Positions 26,781 to 41,305 of a stretch of 64,000 bases of DNA are shown piece by piece. This stretch comes from Eledone cirrhosa (lineage: Eukaryota), in NCBI GenBank assembly GCA_964016885.1, contig OZ024745.1, positions 62,310,001 through 62,374,000 on the forward strand, read 5' to 3'. The notes below the pieces were generated by a model, which saw nothing but the letters and a program-made list of their open reading frames with translations, did no database searches and was not told where the DNA came from. Position numbers and translations under genes: made by a program. Within the stretch, counting starts at the first letter, position 1; each line of letters begins with the position of its first letter.

Positions 26781-28584
26781 TTCCGGAGCTTAACAAAGGA
26801 AGTAAATTATCTGTTAAGTTTGAGAGCTCAATTATTTTGAAATAACCGACAATAAATATAGATCCCATCATGGGGAAATGTAGGGTAAAATGAATGACTC
26901 TCTTTAAGAGTGACTACTCATAAAATTTATTTCAAACGTGATAAGATTTACTGGAGCAATATTAGCTAATTGTTTTAGTGATACTACAATATAATGCATC
27001 CATTTTATGAAAGCATTCCCCAATGCATCTCTGGTTTTTCCCTCATCTTAATGTTATGTGCTTTCGTTGGAGGTTCAGAATAAATAATGTAAAATCTTCT
27101 AAAATGCATTTCTGTGACAAATGTGGGATAAATTACCAAACATAAATCTTATTTTTAAGTGAAATTTCCCAATACCAATGAAGTGCAAACCTTTTAAAGA
27201 GAGATAACTATGCGTAAGCTACAGTTGTTGTAAATCAGTATCGTGGATCCACTTCATAATCAACCACTGTCATACATGTTACGTTTTTGATAAATTTCTC
27301 CTGGATTTTCAATAATAGGATATCAACATTTTCTAAAGTTTCTGTGTTTTTTTAATAGAAACATTGTTATAAAAAATATTTTAACGATATTAATGACATT
27401 TTATTTTAATCAATGGCAACATCACAATTTACTCTATATGTAATTTTCCTGATCAATAACATATTTATTAGGTTACAATTGCGTTTCTATGGGATTCATC
27501 TAGATATCCTCAACATTTATATTATACTACAAGGCAATATAAAGAAGGAAATTAATGCGAGTAAACAACTTTGGGAAAAACAATTATTTCAAAATTAAGA
27601 GTGGTTTTAAGTTCCTAACCATGAAAGTAAAACTTGTTTGCGATACAAGTAGATCGCCAAACTCAGCTAAATATACATCAGTCATTTACCCATGCCTAAT
27701 ATGTCAATTCAGAAAACAAATTTCTTCAGGCTTCTATCTGCCCCCCTCCTTCGGAGTGTAAAACAAGTGTCTATTTCTTTTGAAATTATAGAACTCTACG
27801 GGCACATAAACAATTGATATGTATTGAATGCAAATACGTCTTCGTATCATTATCTCAAATATCAATGACCCACAAATATATGAATGCATTTGAAATATTT
27901 ACAGTTTGTAATGTGCAGTCTACACATTGTTATTGTTGCCCTCTTTAACAGCTGTCACTCCATCAGTGTTTTTCACTATACATTCACTTGATATATTCGG
28001 ATAGAATGTCAAGTTCATTTCTCTTAGATTAAAATGGAGGAAGAAATTAAGTAACATTTATCTTTCTCAATGTCAAATCTAAGCATACAACTTTAAACCC
28101 TTATATATGTATAATACTTTAGATTACTGAGACAAAACAAGAACATTCGCAATCGCTAAATATTCAGCAATAAAAAACCTATCTGAACTCACATAGAGAA
28201 ACAGATAAAAACATATGTTGGATCGTACGTGTACTATGTTTAAACGGTGGAAACAGGAATTCCATTTATCATATCTAAATTAAAAATATCATCTCAGAAG
28301 TTAGCCTGACAACCTCACCTACAGACATAACTTCGCAACATCATGGACAATATATATTTCCTGTTTGAGGGGAGCATAGAAAAGCACTAACATTATCCTT
28401 ACATTACAACAGACTATCTGAAAAGTGGAACATTTTCGCAGAAGAAACAGAATCAATACTACTTTATTTCTACTGTAGGTTTACAAAATCTAGGCTAGCT
28501 TCTTCTAGCTGTTCTTTCTTCAATGAATCGGCGAGATAGTCTTAGACTGAAACGTATATATAGGTAATTTGTATTATCGCTAGT

Positions 28585-28810
28585 GTGGCGGACTTCCGAT
28601 TATAATGCCATATTTTCTATTCCAGGACCATGATGTGTCATGTGTTGTTGAGTAAAACACTTCATTTCACGCTGAAAATGAGTACCAAACGTAGCTGAGG
28701 GTATAACTCTGCGATGAACTGGTGTATGTTCCAGGATGTGTCTTGTACTTTATCCGCTTAATGCCAAGAAAAGTAGCATAAGCCCAGATCTGGTAAGCCT
28801 CCGGGCTTAA
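28585..28810 (+). mobile_element. Old SINE relic with a V-domain-like segment
   Basis: GTGTTGTTGAGTAAAACACTT...CTGCGATGAACTGGTG...TCCAGG...GCTTAATGCCAAGAAA...ATAAGCCC resembles V-SINE-type central and tail sequence; strongly diverged. Confidence 0.4.
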
Positions 28811-29539
28811 GACAGATATAGACTAGTATATGAAACGATGTTATTGTTCACAAATGTAGGCTAGAGATGAAAGCTAAATAAAACCAATGAAGACATGTGA
28901 CCAAACAAGAGAAATAATCAGTAGTACTGCAGATTTGCATTGATGGTAATCGATCTCTCTGTAATAAAGGTGTGTAGTCTGTATTTAGATATTGAATATA
29001 TTCAAAAGCATTTCATTAGATAGAAACCGCTTCGAGTTTGGAGTCTTAGCCATGTTGATGAGATCCATAACTATGCATTCATGATTAACAATACCCGTTT
29101 GTTAAATTATCTGTTTCTTAATCTATCCCGGTATTGTGCATCGTAAAATGCTAGATGGTTTAAATTCATTAAAAATAGTATTTCAATTAACATTCTATTT
29201 TGATTATATTTTATTTTATGTTTAAGTAATTTATACTTAACACGCTCCATGTAGTGGAAATTTGAAATGATGCTGAAGGACAATTTTCGATATAGTTAAT
29301 GAATTCGGAACTGCGTGGGTTTTATCGAGAAATTGCTGGTTTTAGAATTACAAGTTCTTAATCAGATATGTGCATATTTTTTGAAAATGATAACGAATTT
29401 GCGAAACTTTCTAGGAGTAAATCTATATTTGATTAAATTGTCTTCATTGTAGATCATTTATACATATAAATGATCAGATGGTAGCGGTGCAATTCACTAG
29501 TCTACCGCATGTATGTCAGTGTGTTTGTTCTATATAATT

Positions 29540-29711
29540 GTTTCTGCTTTTGCCACAAGGCCAGGGCATTACTGGTACTTTATTTTATCGACCCTGTTAC
29601 GATGAAAGTCAAAGTTAACCTCGGCGGGATTTGAACTCAGAATGGCAAGGGCCGTAACTCTACGCGTCAAAGCATGGCGTCCGACCCTGTACCGATACTG
29701 CCAATCCACCG
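29540..29711 (-). mobile_element. tRNA-derived SINE
   Basis: Same family as 3267. CTATATAAT occurs on both sides (29530 and 29716), a possible TSD. Confidence 0.9.
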
Positions 29712-29858
29712 TGTACTATATAATGAGTCTTGTACTGTGAACATTTAATTAAATATTACTCTAAACAGTCTATGTTACCTATAGTTTGATATATACAACT
29801 CAGTTGTACAGTACGTATCTGCTGTGAGAGCAGAAACGTTATTCAGATGTATTATATT

Positions 29859-30037
29859 GGATTGGCAGTATCGGTAGAGGGTGAGACACCATGCTTTGAC
29901 GCATAGAGTTACGGCCCTTTCCATTCTGAGTTCAAATCCCGCCGAAGTCAACTTTGCCTTTCATCCTTACGGGGTCGATAAAATAAAGTACCAGTAATGT
30001 ACTGGTTAATTGCTGGTCTTGTGCCAAAAGTAGAAAC
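29859..30037 (+). mobile_element. tRNA-derived SINE
   Basis: GGATTGGCAGTATCGGTAGA...GAGTTCAAATCCCGCCG...GTACCAG...TTGTGCCAAAAGTAGAAAC. Confidence 0.92.
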
Positions 30038-30169
30038 AATTATATTTTATCAATACACGTAATATAATTGTCTTCATTGTAGATCATTTATACATATAAA
30101 TGATCAGATGGTAGCGGTGCAATTCACTACTCTACCGAATGTATGTCAGTGTGTTTGTTCTATATAATT

Positions 30170-30332
30170 GTTTCTGCTTTTGCCACAAGGCCAGTGCATT
30201 ACTGGTACTTTATTTTATCGACCCTGTAACGGTGAAAGTCAAAGTTAACCTCGGCGGGATTTGAACTCAGAATGGCAAGGGCCGTAACTCTACGCGTCAA
30301 AGCATGGCGTCCGACCTTGTACCGATACTGCC
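30170..30332 (-). mobile_element. tRNA-derived SINE (part of a 267-bp duplication)
   Basis: Near-identical to 29540-29702, including about 100 bp of shared non-SINE flank. Confidence 0.9.
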
Positions 30333-30719
30333 TTATAAGCATAGTTTTGCATTCTTAAAGAATTGAGTACATTTCTCACACTGATATCGATTATAGAAGA
30401 TCATGCTGCTTTATCTAACTGTTCTGAATCAATTAAATACTCTCAAAACAGTATTTGAGGTAAATATTATAAAACTATCTAAATATCATCATCATGTCCC
30501 CGCAACTTTGTGCAACCAGTCGTTGGGATGCCACTTAGACGCTTTCGTTCTCAACCGTATTAAATTTGAGCATCAATATCTGCTTCTTACTACTCACATA
30601 TATTTATTTATTTACTCCCTTTCCTACTAGTTACCAGTCGGGTATTTGCTCTATTTGTGTATGTCTGCTTTATCCTATTAGTTTAGTTTTTGCGTGTCTT
30701 TATATGTCTTTATACTGGT

Positions 30720-31170
30720 CCTTAGTTACTTGGTTTTGTAGGCTATAGCTATTCCACTCATACCTTCTATATAGTTTCGGTCGGAGTACGTTTGTTTGTT
30801 GCTTCAGTAATCTGTCCGGGTATTGCATCTCTTATGTGTATGGATATAATTTTCATCTCGATGTTTTCTAACATTCCCCCGTATCCCATTAAGGTACGTT
30901 GCTGGAGTACTGGTGAGTTTTGTCTTCTCTTGAAGCTCGCGCCAGTGTTCTATTATTCTTTCCCCTTTGCTAAGTGTCACCTCACCTATTGTGTCGTGTT
31001 CCTATTTCTACACGTGAAAACTTATGTTATATACTACGTTCCTAGTTTTACAGTTAATGTGTGGGCTTAATCTGAAGACTATACTTTTTCTATGGTTGCA
31101 TTGAGTTTTCTCAAAAGGGTACGTTGTGCTAAGCATGGATTTTATGGGCATACCTGGCTTTTATCTCTAG
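30720..31170 (-). mobile_element. Penelope-like element GIY-YIG endonuclease remnant
   Basis: Minus-strand FRLSPHINCKTRNVVY and IGEVTLSKGERIIEHW resemble the PLE motifs C.T.NVVY.I.C..C...YIGET.....R..EH. Confidence 0.6.
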
Positions 31171-31259
31171 GATGGACACATGTGTTAAACCTCGTCGGTA
31201 AGTTTCGTTTAAATTTCGTTAGAAAGCCATGCTTACTTGACCAGCAGATAGTAGCAGAC

Positions 31260-34200
31260 ATGGACAAAGGAATGCCAACATTAACGCCTCAACATTTAGA
31301 AGAGGAACAAGCTTCAGCTGCTTGTAAGCAACTGAACACGCCTGACGTCACAAACATCACATATATCCACACACAGAAGGAAGAATGTGTGCAAATACTA
31401 ACACCACCACAAGCAACAACAACAACACAATAAATGAGAACAACAACAATACAACAAAAGAAATCGCCGGCAACACAACGAATGAGACCATCATCACCAA
31501 CAACAATAACAACATTATATTTGCAGCAACCGTTGCTAAGCAACAGGATTTTAAATATTACGCCATGGACATTTCCCGAGAGCCCCAATATTTGGAAGAA
31601 GCTTCCAACTATGTGATGTTTGAGTGAGACAAGTAAGAGAGATGACACAGAAAAAGAAACTGATCTACAGAACAGTTGACATCATTACCAAAAAACCCAT
31701 AATGCTCCCAACAAGCACTATTGAAGCTGCACTAAAAGACATCAAGCCAGACGTGGCTACCTCCAAAGAGCTAAACAGTATGGAAGTGTGCCAGTGGTCT
31801 TTAAGAGCGAAACTCTGGCTCAAAACCACTCGGTTCACCCAATAAAAACGGAACAACACATCTTCTTCCCCACATACATGGGAAGAAGATTCTACAAAAT
31901 AAAAATATCCAGGATCCCATCAGAGGTCAACATAAGAGACCATAAGTGACCATCAGTGCCATAAGTGTGGGAAATCCACACACTTAAAGGCCTTTTGCCC
32001 TCTCTTAAACAAACCGAGGACAAACAAGGTGTTATTACCAGCACTAAAACCCCAACATCAACACCTCAAACCAAAGACAACACAAAAACCTGCAACATCC
32101 CATCCCCTACCACCACAAATCAGAGACAATAACACACATAACATCACACTGAAAACCCCTCCATTGCCTCCTCCCTCCTTGTCAAATACTTCCACAAACA
32201 TCTGCACAAACACTCCACTACACAACATACCCCTCCCATCTACCCTTGATTCAGAAGTCTCAGACACGGGAACCTCTACATCTCCAAGTGAGAATGAAGA
32301 GGAACACTAAAAATCCAAAAAACAAAAAAGAGACAAAAAAAAACACAATAAGCAAAAACATCTACAGAAAACACGCACACACCCAACCCCACCATAAACA
32401 CACCGCCACAAACGACAAACACACCAAGCACACAATCACCACCAACACAACCAAACACTTCACCAAAAAAAACAAACAGCCACACCACCACAATCACAAA
32501 CTCCAACCGCAAAAAGAAAACTACAAACAGAAACAGCACACATAAAAAAACAAAACAAATTACACATACATAAAAATAACAAACAGAGAACTAGTAGAAA
32601 CTGTCCGAAAGGACCCTACTATCCAAACGGAAGGGAAACCCTGCTCCACCAACGACCCACCGCCAAACCTCAAACTGATCAGAGTAACAACCCTACAACA
32701 TGAAACATTGAAAGGGACCTTCCCACATGATGTAGGCCCCCCTCCTTGCCAAAAACCCTTTAACCGTGTCCTGTTAAAAGGATTCCCTCCTTCCCCAAGC
32801 ACCCCCATTCTGGACATGGAGATCGAACAACCCGACCTCCAGGACACGAAAAGGTAAGTGTTCCTGCCTTGTCTCTCCCTAACTCTTCTTCACCAACATG
32901 GCGACTATACAAGTTGGATGTTTGAATGTACGTGGCCTGGGCATGCATGCCCTGGAAACAGGGCCAGCTTTTAAATGATCTCAGGTCACATTGTATAGAT
33001 GTGATAGCCATCACCGAGTACAGGATTCACGACAAGCAGCAGCTAACCCCCATGATCGTTGACTTTGAGATCTACGCATCTCTCTGTCTGACAGGAGGTG
33101 GGGGGCGAGTTTCTGTTCAGTTTCGAAAAAACTTGGATTTCAAAGCACAGACGATTCACTTGGGCCCGCAGGGCAGCTTGTGGTCCTGGACGTGAATGGT
33201 AGTGAAGGTGGAGCTTTCAGACTGGTGGCCGTATATGCGCCGATTGGGACATCGCGACCAGACTTCTTCAAGCGTCTGGAGCCATTCCTGGGAACGTCTC
33301 CCTCCTTAGTGTTAGAGGGGGACTAGAATGACATCTAAGAGGCATGTTGGGACTATGTAGCAGCTTGTGATAATAGAGGAGGGTGTAATAGCCTCAAAAA
33401 CCTCATCAGCCAATTCCAACTGGCTGATAGATATCGACTGGACTTCCCAAGTGTACCACTGTGGACGTGGAGCAACGCACTGGGTCTTCTAGATCTTCTT
33501 AGATAGATTTTTTATTAGACAGATTAATAAGGAAACATTAAACTGTCCACAAATGCTCATGGTTGTCTATTCAGGCCAGAAATTAGTCACCTGCGGAGTC
33601 AACCTTGATAGAACACATAGACAGTGACCCGGATACTGGAAGCTAAACTTGTCGCTTCCGGCGCGAAAGGCCTACAGTTAACGGATTAGCATCTTAGTTA
33701 TGTGCCAGTTGACGGGGGCGATCGTCAACAACAGGTGGTGGAGCTCTCTTAAGAATAGAATCAATAGCATTTAGCAAGGAAGTAGCTTTAGAAAAAAACA
33801 AAACCGAAAAGGAACTGGTAGCTAAAGTAGAAGAGGCACTTAGGAATGGCAGTACAGCTGACGTGCTAGCGGCGAGAACGGCACTAGACCAGTTCTTCAA
33901 CGTGAAACACGAAATTGAATTGTCAGAAGTAGAACACATGCTCTAAGAAATGAGGGGGCCAAAGCTGTTAGCTGGGCCTGAGTGCCAGAGGCGAAAAGTG
34001 GCAACAAATCCACAAGAAAAAGATGGACGCATTCAACTTGAATCCAAGCAGATGTGCACGGCCTTCCAGCAGCATTTTGCACAGCTGTCCAGGCAAAGCG
34101 GTACGTCAAGGGAGGTGATGGACTTCAGCTCCTACCTCGACGGCGTACCACAAGTCTTGAGCAGGGATGCAGAGAGCTATGAAAGGCCGACCACAGCGGG

Positions 34201-36543
34201 CGAAATAGAAGATTCCCTAGGCCGCTGAGGGAAATGCAAATCACCCGGTTTAGATGGTCTACACTATGAGTTTTACACAGGCATGCTAGACTTGTTATCT
34301 GGCGTCCTCGAAGCTGTCAACTGCAACTGGCAGCAGAACGGGAGGATTCCCAGTTCTGTAGGCAGAGGCGTAGTAACGCTGATCAGGAAAGAAGTGAACA
34401 AGGGGGATGAGATAAGCAATTTCAGGCCCATAACTCTGCTCAACACAGAGTTACAAATTTTGGCCAAGGTGTTAGGAGCGAGGCTGGCGGTTGTCGTCGT
34501 GAACCTGGTAGGGGAAGCACAAGCGTGTGCAATCCCGATCAGGTCCATACACGACAACCTCCACATCATGTGATACATCATAGAAAGGGTAGGGTGTAAA
34601 CCGAGCTTCGGCGGGGCTCTGATCAATTTAGATCAGTCTAAGGCATTTGACAGGGTCGACCGCCAATACTTGGAAGCGTTCTCAAGGCGGCCGGCTTCGG
34701 TCCCGTCTTCAGAGGCTGGATCGCTGCCATGCACACCAGCATCTGCTCGGCAGTCAAGGTGAATGGCTACCTAACGGAACCATTCTAAATCATGCGTTCC
34801 ATCCGTCAGGGGTGCCCTCTCTCCTCCATTCTGTATGTACTGACTCTCGAGCCATTACTGCGGAAGTTGGAGCTGTTACAGGGCATCCCGATCGAACCAG
34901 GACTGCGGAAAGCAGCGTCGGCCTATACCAACGACATAAGCGTAATGCTGTTGAAAACCTTGGACATCGGGGTAATCGGCAACCTATTACAGGAATACGA
35001 AACGTTGACAGGAGCAAGACTAAACCCAAACAAGTCTGTCCGTTTGCTACACGGCACATGGAGAGGCAAACCCATGCCTTCCGACAGTGTTTTGGGACGC
35101 TGGACGGAAGGACCGGTGAAATTGCTCGGAGTCTGGTTTGGTCCAGACCTCCAGGTGGACAAGAACTGGAACGAGGTCACGGCAGAAATGCGTTGAGTGT
35201 AAACTCTCATTGAAAGTCGAGCGGAGGTGGCGAACACTTACATAGCGTCTGTCATCTACTACCGCTTGACAGTCGTGCCTTGTCCCCGCGAATACCTCAC
35301 CAAAATGGAACGCCTACTCTTCAAGTTCCTCTAGAAGAAACAGGCTCCATCGGTGAGGAGATCCATCTGCTGTCAACACCCTTCTAACGGAGGGCTGGGC
35401 ATGCCGTGGATGATGATGCGCAAAGACGCGCTGAGGCTACGCCATCTCCAGGTATTCTTGACCAGCGAACCGGTGTGGCTGTCGTTTGTGAGATGAGCTC
35501 TTCCACAACTCGTCTCACTAACAAAGCTGCAGTCCTGGGCCAAGCGAAGACCGAAAATGGGCGCCTGGCAGCTCGAGTGCCTTCAAGCGCTCACAGCCCT
35601 CTACCAAGTGGAAACGGCAATCAGCGGAGACTCCACTTCAACATTCTATAGGAGATTAGTGAAGGATAAGTGCGACGACGTTCTCGGGGAAACTCTAGGC
35701 ATCGAGGAAGACGAACTGACCACTCTGTTCGGGAGGACATTCTGTCCGGGGCCTATGCATAACTTCCAGAGGTCTCTGGCCTGGCAGTGCTACAGAGGAG
35801 CTCTACCAGTTCGAGACAAAATCTACAGGCACGGGCGCCCAGGCAGAGATCCTGCCAAAAGGACCTGTCCAAGATGCGCGCAGAACATCGAAACCGTTCT
35901 GCATGCAATTGTTCAGTGCCCAGGGGTGAGCGACCTGTGGAATTATGTCGAACAGCTACTGTCACGTGTAGGACACAGCTAGTTGTCAGCCGAGTCCATC
36001 GTGAGGATCACCCCGCCAGCTTCATTGAAGAATGAAGGAGAAGCGGTCTTCCTCTGCCTGGTGGCTATGGCGAAAGAGGAAATATGGTGAACAAGGTTAA
36101 AAGGACTGAGGGCAAGCAAATTTCTCTCTGGACAACAACTCATCCCCTTCTTTAAGTACCACTTCAGAAGGAAGGTGGGAGTGGAGAGAGAGGTGCTATA
36201 CCCCAGTAAATTCGCTGAAAGGTGGGTGAATGTGGCGAAAATGGCCCGGGTGAATGGGCCTTCTCTGTATATAAACCTGTAGGTTGAGGAAGATAAACAG
36301 AGGGAAGATGGGAACACCTACAAAACGTGTTCTTGGTGTTGGGGGTTATTCTATCAACGGGGTGTAAAACAACCCCGCAGTAACGCTACCCCCCCAACCC
36401 CATAATGAGGATTTCAATTGTTTTATTTTTATATAGTTTATTGTTATTTATCATTGTTAATGATATTTTGTAAAAACCCCCGCCGTCACGTCTTGTAATG
36501 TCCCAATTTTGTAGCCCCCTCTGGCAGATTAAGAAATATATCT
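31260..36543 (+). mobile_element. Full-length decayed L1/Tx1-clade LINE
   Basis: A/C-rich ORF1 relic, then APE (VGCLNVRG), RT (NFRPITLLNTE, DQSKAFDRV, QGCPLS, YTND) and CPRC..ETVLHAIVQC. Many stops and frameshifts. Homologous to the minus-strand copy and ends AAGAAATATATCT. Confidence 0.93.
32897..36282 (+). pseudogene. LINE ORF2 (APE-RT-CCHC) pseudogene
   Basis: Fragments 32926-33195, 33950-34228, 34283-34573, 34792-35196 and 35557-35982 are collinear with the minus-strand ORF2. Terminus ARVNGPSLYINL*. Confidence 0.9.
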
Positions 36544-37316
36544 TAATATTTAATTTTTATTTATCTTGAGCCCTTTTTAATCTGTATGCTAGTTCGCTTT
36601 TGTGAATATTACACTCTGGTAATTGAAGCTGTCATACTATGATTTTTTTATCTTATTTGCCTTTTTTCTATTATAGAAGATGATGCGAATGGTAATTACC
36701 CCATGTATAGGAGCAAATTTTAAAATACGATAGAGAAAACTAGAAAAATGACAAATAAGATCAACTCATGGTATCCGGAACCATACATGTTCCTTGAAAT
36801 TATGCAAGTATGTGTGATAAGGCTTTTATACTTTTTAAAATTATAACAATCATAAGTTACACCGAAGGTAAAGGATAATGGGACGCTTTCAACTTGATCA
36901 AGAAATCGACATGATATTTCAGAGAACAGTAATTTTCAAACTATATCCGATGATCTTGGATATTAAATTTAATGAACTGTCTAGCAAAACCTGAAAAAAT
37001 ATTTGATTTACGGGAGCAGATTTTTATGGATCTTACTAAAATTAGCAACTGTCAAATGCGCCGGACCTTTAAATATGGCCGTAATCGCCTAATAAGGAAG
37101 AAAATCACGCAACATCCAATGAAATATAATCACGCTTCGAGGCTCCTAAAGCCATTACACTCATGACGAAACATTATGCAATGCACTTTCCCCTATATGT
37201 GAAACCTTATGTAATGTTATTCTGAGTTAACCTTTTCATAGAAAAAGGGATTATTTACTCAACAAGACAAAGTCTGTGACGTGTTTTTTTCTGTTCTCTC
37301 TTCAATTCTCTTCGTT

Positions 37317-37392
<76 letters not shown>

Positions 37393-37394
37393 TA

Positions 37395-37960
37395 AAGTTA
37401 GTCCTTCATCAGTGATCTTCCAACCATCATTGGTATTTCATCGCTTTAAAGACCATATACCTCCGGTTGGTGCGAGCAACGGCTAAAAAAGTCGTTGGGA
37501 CACGTAAATAAAGGGGACACGAGAGTGTAAACAAACAGAGATGGTGAAGCAACGAAAAGTGAGGAAGAAGGAGTCAAGTCCCAAATTTCCATGAATATAA
37601 GTTCGGTGAAATCGTGAACGAGAGAGAATAAAGACCATCAAACCTGGTTGGAATGTGAGCAAGGAAGGAATGTGAGCAAGGAAGGTCTAACGGGAGGAAG
37701 AAGGAATCTAGTCTGTGATTTCGGTAAACATAAGTTCTGTGAAATCGTAGACGAGAGAGAGAAAAAAAGGAAACCTGCCTGACCAAGAGTGCGAAAGAAA
37801 AAAATTACGCACAGGTCAAACGGGAAGAAGGAGGAGGAGGAGAGGTAGTAACAGAGAGTGAGTGAAGGGTGAGGAATAGGCTAACAGAGAGAGTGACTGC
37901 TAGAGAGGGTAAAGATACAGAGAAAGAGGAAGCAGTAAGAACGAAATAGACGGGTCATAG
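37395..37960 (-). repeat. Purine-rich repeat relic with internal direct repeats and a truncated hammerhead-like half
   Basis: GAGGAAGAAGGA.TC.AGTC...TAAGTTC.GTGAAATCGT...ACGAGAGAG occurs twice (about 37561 and 37694). There is a 17-bp tandem GGAATGTGAGCAAGGAA. Minus-strand CTGATGAAGGAC lies next to (TA)n. Confidence 0.45.
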
Positions 37961-38080
37961 CGAGGAAAAACATATGTGTAAATATGAGAATAAACGTGCT
38001 GCGTGTTTGCTAATGGGTTACATATATATATATATATATATATATCTTTACACATATATAAACATACATGAATACACGCA

Positions 38081-38122
<42 letters not shown>

Positions 38123-38999
38123 CGTTAATATGATAAATTGTATTCCTCTATATTTGATAATTATCTAATTTAGTTTCTTATTATCAGAGAATTTCAGAAC
38201 AATAAAAGCAACCGTATTGGTACATGATGCCTGAATATATTGCTTTAGTTTGTTTTCTTTTAACTATCAAAGAATTGAATATTATTTTATATAAAATTGT
38301 TACATATTATAAAACATAAAATACCTAAATATTTAAACAAATTTGAATTACGCTTGTCTTTGTCTCTTTAATGCGTCGAGGATATATACGTTGGGTTATA
38401 AACGTCAGATGCGCTAAATATGTTGTTTAAAACGCAGACATTTTGAACTAATAGAAAATGCTTGTTTTAAAAAAAATCAAAGGCATATAATCAATATTTT
38501 ATTCATAACGGTAGACTGTTTAAAGAATGACTATTAAGGTATGAACGATGTCATAAATACAGAACACAACGAACTCATGTACTAAATCAATTAGGCAGGA
38601 AGCCTAATTTCATTTATATATGAAAAGAGTGTTGACGTATCTCTTCAGCTATCTATTTATTTATATATCTCTCACCATATATGTCTATGTTCTGTAAATA
38701 CATAACGTGCACGCACACACACACACGTAAAAACAGATGCCCACACACGCATTTATATATATAAATATACATATATACAAATATATGTGTGCGTGTGTGC
38801 ATGTATTTGTTTATGTGCTTGCATGAACAAGTTATATGTTAGTCTTCAGAGACCAAGGACCTGTAACTAGAAGGCTTTTTTTCTGCCTGATTGGTCAATA
38901 GTGGCTGCACTTGTATGCACCGTCAGCTCTGTACTACTTACAGCGCCAATTCTGTTTGGTTTTTCTGCAGTATGTCCAATTACCTCTTGTCGTTATAAA

Positions 39000-39960
39000 T
39001 TGCTGCTTTCGGAGAAATATTTTATAATGATTTATGTTTCACTTGTTTTTGAAATGTAGCTCAGACCGCTCTTGTACTTCCTTATAGAGTCAGCTGACTC
39101 TACTGGTTTTCTTTGATATCCCGTCATTCTCAGAATATTTATATGTAGCCCAGTCGGTGCAGGTGTCGTTGACTGGATGGAAGCTAAATCTGTGTGTCTA
39201 GAATACATTGCTGGTGATTCAGGCAGAAATTTGATAACAAGCAAATGCCTCATAATGGGAGGCCGACAGTTTTGAGACATATTCTTGTTTGCTGCCATAG
39301 CCTATTATGGGGAACGTGCAGGCTATGGAGAATTTTGCGCATCTGTGCGTCAACTAAATGTATCTCTTTATGTCACTCATACGAGGTTGACTAGCATTAA
39401 ATTTGAAAATCAAATATGATTGTTGATCTCTGAGCTTAGAGTAAGTTTGTTCAGGAAGATGTAGCCAATATATGCAAAGACATTACCTCGCAATTGCTGA
39501 AAAATATCACAGCATGGTGCCTGAATTCCTGTCCCATATATTTATTCAGAGTGATGAAGTCGTTGATATCCTGGAAGACTATTCTGTTGATGCTAGAGTT
39601 GTTCGCAATGTGTTGACAGAGCGGTTCTCTCGTCAAATGACATATTTCTAATGTTTTCACAGAATGTACTTCATGATTACTCAGCAAACACTGAATTTAA
39701 TTCTGTTTGATCTGTTTTGATGGTAAACCCATACAAGCGGTAATCCAAACCTTCAGCATGAAAGCGAGAAACATGCCAAAATGTTTGCAGAGTAGAAAAC
39801 AGAATTTTGTCACTCCACTTCATACGTGAGAGGCTTCTGCAGTATAGCTGTCACACTGAAATATATCGTTTATTTCTCTGTTGAATGAGTGAATTATTCC
39901 GTATAAACTGTGAAGACAACTCTTATCTGGTGAGGAAATAGGGCCGCCCGTCTGTATTCA
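39000..39960 (-). mobile_element. Possible decayed hAT (ZMYM1/DUF4371-like) transposase
   Basis: Weak fragments FCFLLCKHF and LSYISKTSE only. Confidence 0.25.
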
Positions 39961-40532
39961 CTTACGACAGGAGCATGTTACATGATTAATAACTAACATA
40001 TAAAATACCTCACGATATAACACACTCTATTCAAATTACGTTTTCTGCAATTATAATAAAATATAACATCGTGCATTGGGGTAAACATGCTTTAGTTACT
40101 TACCTGAATAGAAACTTCAATATAATGAATGCAATTATTTTCAACTCGCATGGAAATTTTAAAATGTTTCAGCGGAAATTGGATAAATATAATGAAAGTA
40201 CGAGGCGTTTAGCCCACCTGAAAATATATCAAAGAATCATAAATTCTCATAACTGCAGTGAATTGGAATCAACGTATCTCAAATAATCCCATTATGTGCC
40301 AGGATACAAAGGCTATATAATGCATCATATATAAATATACACACATGTAATATATATGTGTGTATTATCATCCCTTATGTAATGCAGCTATTTTACACTG
40401 TGCATATAAAAATATGTTCCACCATATCTAAACAAGATGTGGCCATAGCTGTATAAATACTGCGAAAAGTCAACATCTTCAATAAAATATTTTCTGTCTT
40501 GGAAACATTAATTTGTTGCTTTAATAAAGAAA

Positions 40533-41305
40533 ATGGAAACCATAGAAGAGTACAAAAGATGTGTTGTTTAGGAATACAAAAGAAAAGCTATGAATACTGC
40601 AGAAAATGTACAAAATGTATGGTTCTATGGTGAAGGTGTTTTGAAAGACAATAAGTGTCAACGATTATATTTTAACAAGGAGAATCTGGCTACCACTTAA
40701 GAGCACCTTGTCTTTCTACAATAATATGAAAAGCGGTATTGAAGAAATACCCATGTAACTGTTAAAGAGTTAGCAGGAGGGGTTACTTTCACATTATCAA
40801 CCATCCATCACTAATTACAAGAACACGGATTCGATTCTAAACTTGGAAAGTGGATTCCAAATGAACTGAAAGAAAACTATCGAAGTGTGTCATCATCTGC
40901 ACTGATCTTCATACTCCAGAGTTTAAGTCTCAATTTTTGAATGGTCTAGTAACCGCTAATGAAAATATAGGAATGTTAAACGGTGACGGCAGTGGGTTCA
41001 ATCATGATAGCAAGCAAACCATCGTCCAAAACAAGATTTTCATCCTCAGACTTGTTAATTATTGGATAGATTAACGAAATTGACTGGGAAAGGTCTCCAC
41101 ATTCTCCATATTCTCGTATCCTTATCATTTCTCGTGATATCTTCAACATATTTTTAATGGAAAAGGGTACATTTTCATCGAGGCCCTTGGAATAGATAGA
41201 GGGAACGTTTTCTCCTGAACATCGTCTGATTTCTATAGAAATGATACGAGAAAATATTTACAGCATTGGAAGTGAGATATTAATTTAAATGGGGAAATGG
41301 TTACT
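40533..41305 (+). mobile_element. Degenerate mariner transposase pseudogene
   Basis: YGEGVLKDNKCQR, TVKELA..STIHH.L..HGFDSKLGKWIPNELKE (WVPHEL-like), FLNGLVTANE, WERSPHSPYS and DFYRN....LQHWK...NLNGE occur in the correct order. Confidence 0.8.

Noticed and set aside
29859-29945. tRNA gene (A and B boxes present)
   Set aside because: No cloverleaf; it is the head of a multi-copy SINE
37649-37685. Short direct repeats as a possible CRISPR-like array
   Set aside because: Only two adjacent units with no spacers; eukaryotic DNA
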